A stretch of DNA of 61,607 nucleotides, the filler included, from Sphacelaria rigidula (lineage: Eukaryota): assembly GCA_964200075.2 (NCBI GenBank). It is 7 parts of 7 records of this genome, joined end to end, with 100 filler letters (N's around TTAATTAATTAA, not from the genome) between each part and the next. Parts side by side here need not be neighbours in the genome. Positions count along the whole stretch, not along the records: positions 44,079 to 52,793 come from CAXNAA020010292.1; positions 52,894 to 61,607 come from CAXNAA020010293.1; 5 more parts are not named here. The stretch is one strand, 5' to 3'. Shown one piece after another: positions 51,997-61,607 of this stretch. The notes beneath the pieces were generated by a model that was not told the origin of the DNA, made no database searches, and saw nothing but the letters and a program-made list of their open reading frames with translations. Made by a program: the position numbers and the translations under genes. How positions within the stretch are numbered: the first letter of the stretch is position 1; each line of letters opens with the position of its first letter.

Positions 51997-52553
51997 GGTG
52001 TATTCATGGTCATGCATGCCACAGTCATAAGACCATCGACCTCGCATGCCTACAAATCCGGGACGTGGCACGTCGGGTTTTTGCCGGACCAGACCCGCAA
52101 TCACCAAGCGCGCAGCGCCGTGATGTGTTCGGCGAGTCGCAAGAAGGATGAGCTGCATCCTGCGAATGTCGTTCGGCCCGAAAAGTACTGATTATCTCGC
52201 ATATGGATGGTGGCTTACAACTATTGCAACGCGCGCGCGGAGGGTGTACTCGTGATCTTGCACGCCATAGTCATATGCCATTGACCTCGCATCCATACAA
52301 AGCCGGGACGGACCACGTCGGGTTTTCGCCGGNNNNNNNNNNCAGGCCAGACCTCAAATCACCAAGCGCGAAGCGCCGTGATGTGTTCGGAGAGTCGCAT
52401 GAAGGTTGAGCTGCATCCTGTTGAGGTTGTTCGGCCCGAAGCCTACTGATTATCTTGCAGTTGGGTAACAGCCTCTGATGAGTTGCTGCATTTTGTGGTA
52501 TCGCCACTTCCAGAGACAACCGCGGCTTATGCACTGCCTCATGGGTGTCTCAC
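51997..52553 (-). repeat. Two adjacent copies of the ~320-bp dispersed repeat
   Basis: GGGTGTA(T/C)TC(A/G)TG...ACCTCGCAT occurs at ~51997 and ~52241; there is a 10-N internal gap. Confidence 0.88.
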
Positions 52554-52949
52554 CATATAAACACTACGTAGTACGATCATCCCCATTACGCGGAATCGAG
52601 GTTCTCCCACCCCGCACGAGATTATCTGACTCGACCACCCTGATGGATACCGCAAAATAAACGCACGCGCGCACAAAAATCGGCAACCTGGCTGCCTAGC
52701 TTACGCGATGAGTGGCGTATTTTACAGCGTCATCGCTAACCGACGGGAGGGGAGGGGAGGGGAGGGGGGGGGGGGGGGGCCGAATATACCGGGNNNNNNN
52801 NNNNNNNNNNNNNNNNNNNNNNNNNNNNNNNNNNNNNTTAATTAATTAANNNNNNNNNNNNNNNNNNNNNNNNNNNNNNNNNNNNNNNNNNNNCCCCCCC
52901 CGTCGCCACCACCATTGCCATGGCCCCCCAAAACAATCAATCTCAACAG

Positions 52950-53417
52950 GACGTGTTCGACTTCCGCAAGATCCTGGCCCCTTACATCGGTCAGGACTCG
53001 TCGGCGATCGTGGCCAACTTCCGCTCCAGGATCGCGGCCGTCCGAAACAGGGAAGAGGAGGAACGGAACAGGGGCCTGGGCGGCCTCGTTCGCACCCTGG
53101 GACCGGCAGCGGCGTTGACCGCGGGCTCCGCCCCGGTCCGTCGGGCGGCGGTAACGAGCAAGGATATCGTGGGCGAAGCGCCGGACACCCTTCCGCCCGG
53201 GTTGGGGGCAGGAGCGGCTAATTCGGGGTCGGTGCCGCTGGCAGAAGAGAAGAGGGGAGGGTTGTTCAGGATGCTGGACGAGGGGGCAAAGGAGAGGGAA
53301 GAAGAGCTAAGGAGAAAGAGCGAGGTTTTCCAGAGGGTGATGCAGAAGAGGGAGGAGAGGGAGAGGGCGCGGCGGGAGGAGCAGAAGAAGGCGAAAAAAG
53401 GAAGCGAGCGAGCGTGA
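52950..53417 (+). CDS. Terminal exon, probably mitochondrial import translocase subunit TIM50
   Basis: Acceptor caacag| then DVFDFRKILAPYIGQDSSAIVANFRSR, which resembles the post-phosphatase-domain DVR.VL..Y.G.D....F..R segment of Tim50, followed by a charged coiled coil and stop. Confidence 0.5.
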   Translation, partial: DVFDFRKILAPYIGQDSSAIVANFRSRIAAVRNREEEERNRGLGGLVRTLGPAAALTAGSAPVRRAAVTSKDIVGEAPDTLPPGLGAGAANSGSVPLAEEKRGGLFRMLDEGAKEREEELRRKSEVFQRVMQKREERERARREEQKKAKKGSERA

Positions 53418-54535
53418 TGTTTATTTCTGTGGTTGTTTGCATTGTAACAAGATGACGGTATTTTTCGGCTCGTATTTCCGTGGTGATTGCACGTATGAGG
53501 GATGAATCTCGTCCTTGTGCGACTGTGAGAGTCGCGGGGTTGCAGGAGAGCAGAAAGAAACGTCTCAGTCGATGCGATTTTGCTGGGGATTTCGTGTGTG
53601 TGTGTGTGTGTGTGTGGGGGGGGGGTTGTAGTGCTCTACCGTACCAGTATTTCTGCCTGGAAAGTTTCAAAATTAGACGTTTACGGGCACTTGCCCTAGC
53701 GGAGAGTCTGCTTTCCGTGGGTGTCTTGGGTGGAACAAAGTCAAGTTGCTTGCCGCTTGAGGAACCCGGCAGGAGAGGATGAACATCTAAGTGAGGTAAT
53801 AATCAGCCACAGCGCGCTCTCTTTCCCGGCGCAGGCAATCTGCAGAGGAAAGACACAATTTCCACTTTCATGTCGAGCGCCCATAGGACATACGCTTCTG
53901 GCTTTTGGTTTGTTTTCTTGATGAGATGCCACACGAGATTTCCTCAATAAACCGGTGAAGACAGGGAGCATAGCGTACGCCGCCGGCACTTACGCCGTCC
54001 TTATAGCGAACAATGGCCCAAGCAGCAACAACAAACAATGTGTCGTGTTTTCGTGCCCTCGATTTTAGCAGGTTGATCCCACATAAACACTATTTCTGCT
54101 ACATCAAGGCAATATATATCTAAAAAGCCTCCGTGTGTCCAACGCATACATGACCTCCAACATCAGGGGTGCATTTTTTGCCCTGACGCATACACACCAA
54201 CTTTTTCAAATCTTACAATGACATCAACAACCCTCTCGCCGGCGAGGGCTACAGGACCTCTGAGAGTCGCATACCGTGATCTTCATCTCTACTCCCGGAC
54301 GAGCTCTCCAGCGCAACGGCCCTGAAACACACGACACAATATCATCCCGAATTCCGCTCAAAACTGTGTGATTGGGATCGTATCCGCGCACGATGCAACA
54401 GTCTCTTTTGAAAGCCCGTGTAGATGTACTACTGCGATCCGCCCTGCACATTTCGGTTTCAAAAAGCTACCACAAATACAGGGCAATACAAAGTCCCTGC
54501 ACTACTCCCCATCGCATCCCAACTTCCTCAATCAT

Positions 54536-56728
54536 CTACTCCGCTCCTGCCTGGGAGTATTCGTCATCGTTCATTGCCCGCTTGGTATCGTGGACATGCG
54601 ACCCGCGCGCTCCACGCCCCGCGCTCGCCAATCGTTGTCCTTTCTTTAGTTTGTTGGCCAAGGCGTCACTTTTCGCTGCGTTCTCTTCGGTTTGGGCGGC
54701 ATCTCCGTCTGTCACCACCCGGGTTTGCAGCATGATGCCGGGACGATGTGAAAAAATCGGAACAGGAGCAAAGTTGGGCATCGAGAACCAGGCGGGGGAC
54801 ATTCGTGACGCTGTACGTACGGGGGGGAGCGTGCCTACCTAGTGCCTACCCACGCAGGATGGGACGGTCTTGCATGATTTCAAGAATGAAAGTATGTGTT
54901 TGTGTGCTCGAGACATGGTCAACCAATATATCTTTGCGATCGTAATAGAACGGTTTCCCGCATGCACCATGTAATTATCCTACGCCCCTGGAGAAGCAGC
55001 ATGTCACGGAATAACAATCCGCTGAAACGCAAGCTACAAAAGTGCCATGGTGCATCGACAACACACCCATTCGATTGACTTACAGGTGCTCCCAAAGAAA
55101 CTGAGGCGAGTCAACTCCGGGGTATCCGCAGCAACGTCCCGCTTGATTTCGGCTGACACTTTCACGGCACCAGCTCCCTGCGTTAAGTCCGAGTCGAACA
55201 TGGACCTGTCGTGGTGCACTGGCGCCTTCTCCTTTCGCGCCACCGCTGCCGCCTTCGACCTGGCCGCTAGTTCGTCAACCGCTCTCTGCTCTGCGGCCGT
55301 GCGCAACATCGACCGCTGGTCCTTCCCGTAGTCTGACCCGCCAAACGCAAGTCGTGTGACTTCGGGAGTGCCCGCGGCCACCTCACGCTTGATATCGTCA
55401 GAGCTCCTCACCACCCCGGCGCCTTGCGTGAGGTCTGAATCAAACATGGATCTTTGGTGGTGGATAGGTGCCGGCTCCTCCGCTCTGTCCGCTGCCGCCC
55501 GCCGCATGGCCTTCGCAGCCAGGGCCTCGACCTCGGCCTGCTTCTCTGCCGAGCGAGCCAAGGACGCGGCGTCCTTCCCATAGTCCGAGCCCCCGAACAC
55601 CAAGCGCGTGGCTTCAGGTGTGTCCGCCGTCACGTCGCGCTTGATTGATTCCGACGTCTGCGAGTACCCAGCCCCGTGGGCCAGGTCTGAGTCAAACATG
55701 TTTCGGCTGTCGTGCACGGGCGCTGCGGCAGAGTGGGCCTTGTCGATCTTGCGTTGCATGGCTTCCACCTCTGCTCTTTCCCTATCAGAGAGAGGAGCGG
55801 AATTCTGCGGGTCTTTTCCGTACGCCGACGCGCGGAAGGCCACTCGCGTGGCGTCTGGCGTGTCCGCCGCCACATCGCGCTTGATCGAATCCGACGAAGA
55901 CACTCCCCCCGCCCCGTGGGCCAGGTCCGAGTCGAACATGTTGCGGGTGTCGTGTACGGGAGCCGCGGGAGCGTGGGCCTTACTGATCCTGCGCTGCATG
56001 GCTTCAACCTCCACTTTTTCTTCATCTGACAGAGCCGCAGCGTTCTGAGGGTCCTTCCCATACGCCGATGCGCGAAAGGCTACTCGTGTAGCGTCTGGCG
56101 TGTCCGCGGCCACATCGCGCTTGATCGAGTTAGCGGCCGCCGCGCTTCCGGCGCCCTGTGTAAGGTCAGAGTCGAACATATTCCGGCTGTCGTGGACCGG
56201 CGCTGCTCCCGTAGCGTTTTTCTTCAGCCTGCTTTGCATGGCCTCAAGCTCGGCCTCATCCTGCTCCGATAGATCTGCGCCAGCCTGCGGGTCCTTACCG
56301 TACGCCGAAGCACGAAAGGCCACTCGAGTGGCGTCTGGCGTGTTCGAGGCTACATCTCGCTTGATCGTTCCGGACGCCTTCCCGTCTTCTGCTTGCTGAG
56401 AAAGTAAGGAGTCGAACATTGCCCGTGGGTCGTGGCCTTTCGAAGAAGCAGCCGTTCCAGATAGGGCGGGCGATGCCGCTGCTTGCTTTTTGAGTTGTGC
56501 GGCTGCCGCGATCTGTGCGGGGGTAAGTTCCGCCGTCGACGCCGGGTCCTTCCCGTAATCCGTGGATTCGAATGCCAATTTTGTCTCCGCGGGAGTAGGA
56601 TCATCTTCGGTGTCCGAAGCCTTGCCAGAGGACAGCCAGGCCCTTGTACCAACAGAAGCACCGCCTCCAAGGGTTCTCTGTGATTGGGTGAGTGCAGCGA
56701 CCCTCACAATACCGTTTCGTAACATCAT
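54536..56728 (-). CDS. ~605-aa tandem-repeat protein with a putative mitochondrial presequence, 2 exons
   Basis: Exon 56728-55084 (donor gtaagt) joined to exon 54708-54536 recreates the repeat motif (GST-Y-GD...VHDTKRAMNDDEYSQAG). Repeat period is 240, 240, 240, 252, 246 nt, with mostly synonymous third-position changes. Confidence 0.88.
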
Positions 56729-57785
56729 GGTACTGAAGCTTCCACAACCCTAAACCTGGAGACAGAAAAGTCTTGATTCTTGGGGTTGCTTCAACTTGAC
56801 CCGCTTTTTCCAGCTGCGAGGATCGCAGAATGGAACAGTAGACAGGGAGAGAACGTAGGCCATTTGTTGCGGCGAATAGAGCACAAGGAGTGATGGGTAG
56901 ATACGAAATGTACCTACCATATAAGTGAGGCGCAAGCAGAAGAATGTGCGCAAGAGACAACATTGCAACATAATGCAGTACACGGTGTATTATACTGTAG
57001 TCTGTGCACGCATTTGCCCTATGCGAGGGACGACAGCACATTACAGCACACAGCCACAGTAGTACAGTACAGTACAAAAGTAGGACACCTACTGTACTCT
57101 CGTGAGTGTGAAGGCAACGAACAGGGCACCTCAGTTTGATAGCTCACCGCAGACCCAATGCACGCCACACATGGCGCGGGTAGATCGCATCACTTATCAA
57201 AATTCATGAGAGATACTCTTCATACCTTTGAGACTGGGCGTATCACCTATACCTTACGGGTAGCGCACATCGACCCCTCCCCCCTCCGCCCCCCCAAATA
57301 ACCGATTGCCATGCTTCATGATGGAGCAGCAAGTACGTAATAATAGGATCACTATACATGAAACCTCACACTTTTAGGGTTTGAAAGGAGCTTCGCTGGA
57401 CATGATTCTCCAGAGCTGCGGGGGGAACACTGCCAACGATAAAAACGCTTTCCCGTGGACGCCAGTCGATCCCTCACATCTCACCTTTGAGAATCGAGCA
57501 CTCACGGCATTTCACACAACAGGCAGCAGCTGAACAGGTAGCAGGCTACCTCAATGGAGTATGACCATCAGACGTCGCGAACGCGGGTAATTTCCGCATT
57601 TTCGCGCAAAAAAATCACAGTGTTTCAACCATCATGTCTTTGACAGTGCCGTGACAGGACACAGGACGCAGGCATCACCTCCCTTCCACTTGCTTTGCTT
57701 GCCTTGTGCACCCACACAGCTCCCAATACAGCCTACGCGGCCACCCAATCTTGCACCAGTATCACGATCTGAATATCTACGCATC

Positions 57786-60700
57786 ATGGGAGATGTAGAA
57801 CGTAACGGTAGCCTTCTCGAGGCGCTCGACAGCTGGGCCGACAAAACGCCGGACAAAATCGCCCTCACGTTTCTCGACGATTCCGGCTGTGCAACCGCGC
57901 CGCCGCTTACCTATGGCTCCCTTCGGCGGAGAGTGGATGGCCTTGCTGCCCACCTTCTCGCCGGAGATAAGCTAGGTCTGACCAAGGGATCGACGTGCCT
58001 CCTTGTATATCCACCGTCGCTGGACTTTACGGTCGCGTTTTTGGCGTGTCTGCGCGCCGGCGTGATCGCGGTGCCGTGCTTCCCTCCCGATCCGCAGCGG
58101 CTGAACAAGGATTTGAGCATGTTTGCGGCGATACAGGGGTCGTCGGGAGCTACAGTTGCGCTGACCAATAAGATGTATAACTACGCCAAGAAGGTGCGCC
58201 TGGGGTTGCTCTGTCGAGTGTGTGTTGCATCTTTCTCGCCTCGTTGTTTTCAGTAGATTGCATAACGGGCAGTGTCCCTCCTCAGGGTTTTTGTTCACCG
58301 TTTGGGTTTTTCCTGCACCGCGCTGAACTCGACGGGAGTTGCGATATCCTTGCTGTTCAGTCGGTTCTGTCCGTTCAGTCGGTCGGTCTTTCCACGATTG
58401 CTTTGCCAGAAGTGTCCTCGTTGTGGATGAGCAGGTCACGCTATGGACGGACAACACTCGCATGACGCGTCCACCAAGCTCATTTTCTGTAGCCGTAATC
58501 CTATGTGACATGCACAAGACTATCCACCAGCTGGCGCTCACTGAATTGTCCGACACCGACTCTACTGAGTCTATTATATCTGGTGCGCGATGAGTGTCAC
58601 TCCCGGCAGCAAATGTTCTCCTTTGCCTATAGACGGAGAGCCCTGTGTTCGATTTACTCTGGTGGCACAACTAATCCTTCTATTTAGTGCCAACGAAGAC
58701 GCGCGTGCTGTCATCACATGGCCCGTTCGATCTCGCCTAACTTTTGCGGGTTCTCCTGTTTTGGCAAACACGTTGGCCGTGACTCCGCCTGACCTACAGT
58801 CCTGTGGAATATGCACTCATACTCGGACACAGTGAAAGGGTGTTACACAGCGTTTAAATTTTTTGAAGCAGTACGAGTAGAGCGTGCATGTTCCCGTACA
58901 ACCTCTTGGCTCGACGTGCAACGTGACCGTGTAGTCCGGTATATACGTATATACTTGCACATGGTTGCACACTTTTAGGCAGTAGTAGCCTGTCGCGAGC
59001 AACTACCGTGCATGCCGGATAGAACTCCAGCTCCAGAGTTATCGAATGACCCCAACACACACAACCATGCGCGAGCAGAGATTTCGGAAAACGCAGAACA
59101 AGCAATCCTGCGACAGAGAAACGCTCGGCCTTTCTTTAGATTTGAGATTCCCTTAGTGGCCGTATGTAGCTTGACACGTGTCGCATACGCCGTGAACGTG
59201 GACGAATATACGATAAATAGATGGAGAGATCAGTACAGTATCAAGATTCGAACCACAACTACTCGTTATTACTGTAGAGATTTCCGGAAAACGTTTTTCC
59301 TCATCTTGGAGTCAGAGTGGAAAGAAATATAGCCGGTAACGGTGCACATTCCACTCTGAACTTTTTTTCTGCGAGCGTTTTTTTCAGCGTTAGAGTGCCG
59401 TTTGCACCTCTTCACTCTGAAATCGTGTGTACCATGTTTGTGATCACAACGGTATGATCTTGGTTCTACGTGAAAACTCCATTTCAATTGCTAAGCCGAA
59501 AATGTACTGGCTGTAGTGCTGTTGGGAAAAACAAACCGCTGTTGTGTGCAACGTGCGCTTGATATTGCGGTTGCTTGCAGATACAGTACATTTCAGTAGA
59601 AGCACACGAGTGTCGCTGAAAATATCATGCTTTGAGGAGAGGGCCTGCGCTCCGCTAACGGAATTCAGATAACCCGTGTCTTTGGTCGCCACTGGGGTGC
59701 AAGCAGAATGAGCTCGGTGCAGAGTGATACAACGGCTGAATGTAAAAAAAAAAACTGCCGTGTTTTTTGCAGCAGTTTTTTTTTGCTCTCAGGGCCTGTT
59801 TCAATTAAACAAGAAAAGTGAGAATGCGCCGTGGGAATGCCAGCGAGTCTGGCGTTTCTCGCGATTTTTTTTTTTTCCTTCCAATCGGTTGCCCATCACT
59901 TCTCAACCGATCGAAAGGACAAGAAAAACAAAATGACCACAACCGCCGAAATCACTCTCACTCTCACCGCGCGTTCTCAATTTGGTTGTCTCATGAGAAC
60001 AGGCCATGACGGTCCTCTCTGTTCCTTCTGCATTCTTGTGATTTTTAACCCTGACATGGCGACAGTAGGTCATCTGTTGAATCACCATCAACTTAACTCG
60101 GAAAAAATATGCATGATCCAGATGGGCTACCCTCGTGCTATAAGGGTACACATTTTTCTCCGGGCCGTTTCGGCTGACGAAATATTAGCTACCGCTGCAG
60201 CCCTTCGGTATGCTCTGGACGTGCGATCTGTGAAGGCACGCCTTGAAATTGCTGTCCCGTTACGGTGCACGCTCATGTGGACGAATGGCATTTTCTGTGA
60301 TGAAAAATCTGATTCAGACCCGCGGTCAGTCTAAAGGCCAAGAGTCATTTTGACTGGTGGTTTATTTATTTATATGTGCGGTGCGTTTCTTCGTCAAGCC
60401 AGAAAATCCTGGAACACCTCCTGGGGGGGGGAAGTTGAGACACCCATGAGGCAGTGTGTTAAGCCGTGGCTGTCTCCGGAAGTTGCGATACCAGAAAATA
60501 AAGCAACTCGTTGGAGGCTGTCATCCAAATGCGATAGAATATGTACGCTTCGGGCCGAACAATTTTAGCAGGATGCAGCTCACCCTCTATGCGACTCGCC
60601 GAGCACACCAGGGTGTTCTGCGCTTGGTGATAGATTGCGAGCCTGGTCCGAAGAAAACCCTGCGTGCTCCGTCCTGGCTTTGTAGGGATGCGAGGTCACT

Positions 60701-61501
60701 GGTCTCATGACTGAAGCATGCATGATCATGAGCACACACCCCCCTCGGGGTGGTCGATGAATGTCTGCATTCGATCGCCCGGCACTTTGTGTTTCGGGCG
60801 CGATGCTGCCCCGACGCGTTGTCAAAATCTACTCGGACGGCGACCCGACTCGTAGCGCTGGCTTGTTTCCGCAGCTGGCAGAACACATCATGTCCGCAAT
60901 TCAGAGGGCTGAGGTACGGTTCACCAGTGTGACAAAATGAAGTCCCCTAGGCAGCATCCACGAGGATTGTTTCCCACGATCGAGCAGTTGTTGGCTGTCT
61001 ATTAGTACCCACGAGCGAGTCATTTTCCCGAGAACCACCACCCTGTGTGTGCTCCATCCACACTGCAATACTTGGTAAATATCCGATCTAGGGTCACCTT
61101 GATTCCAGCGTAGTTCCCGCTTCATCTGAACATCCCTGTGTTACCCCCCCCTCCCTCCATCTCGCTTCTCTCCTAATATTAATTTCCTCTAAATGAGGCT
61201 CGGCGCTCAAAGGATTACGGGAACAAAAAATACAAGAGAGGCAAGAAATGGGCAACACAGTGCAGTATTGTTCACTACGCGAGTAGCACAACGTTATGCT
61301 GATTCCCCTCTCTCCGCCCTTGCAATCCCTCTGTAAATGGATATTAGATGTCGGATATCAAGTTAATGTTTTCCGGTGGAAAGACGTGGCCAGAGCTCCA
61401 ATGGGTTGTGACGGACACATTGTCCTCACCGGCGCCCCACGCCGCTCAGAGTTTCTCTGCACCGGACCTGGCAAGCATCGCTTTCCTCCAGTATACCTCA
61501 G
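57786..61501 (+). CDS. Fatty acyl-AMP ligase-like adenylation enzyme, exons 1-2 (3' part outside the window)
   Basis: Exons 57786-58193 and 61348-61501 join in phase 0. Motifs: LTYGSL, LLVYPPSLDFTVAFLACLRAGVIAVPCFPP, IAFLQYTSG (start of the A3/P-loop). Confidence 0.85.
60436..60742 (+). repeat. Copy of the ~320-bp dispersed repeat in the ligase intron
   Basis: Colinear with 8818-9140 and 15680-15977. Confidence 0.9.
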
Positions 61502-61607
61502 GTGCGGCGGGGGATGGGGGAGGGGGGGGGGGGGGGGGGGGGGGGTGGTTGTGTTGATTATCCCTTGGGTCAGTGGTGTCAGTTTGTGTTTTATTTTTTT
61601 TTTAGTT

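Noticed and set aside
9184-56728. A mitochondrial gene cluster (ATAD3, tRNase Z, TIM50, repeat protein)
   Set aside because: ATAD3 and tRNase Z lie on separate concatenated contigs; only the last two are actually linked.

Overview
Eukaryotic nuclear DNA, most likely from a brown alga. That assignment is inferred from long GT-AG introns, a bipartite plastid-type leader and TTAGGG repeats. The window is not one locus: it is seven near-identical-length contigs (8717, 8716, 8715, 8715, 8715, 8715, 8714 bp) joined by an artificial 100-bp N44-TTAATTAATTAA-N44 linker, so only within-contig adjacency is meaningful. Genes supported by hand-spliced exon chains: a partial ATAD3 mitochondrial AAA ATPase (8 exons), a near-complete long-form tRNase Z (ELAC2-like), a probable TIM50 last exon, a ~605-aa putatively mitochondrial protein built from ~80-aa tandem repeats that I cannot assign to a family, and the first two exons of a fatty acyl-AMP ligase-like enzyme. 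There are also a plastid-leader exon and several unassigned exons. The rest is dense in mobile DNA: an intron-containing hAT transposase pseudogene with a palindromic 43-bp array and a long internal hairpin, Tc1/mariner, LINE, copia, gypsy (with PPT and LTR) and Harbinger remnants, foldback MITEs, a piggyBac-ended element carrying an orphan ORF, a TTAGGG-tailed repeat, and a very abundant ~320-bp dispersed repeat. No database searches were run; all family calls come from motif recognition.
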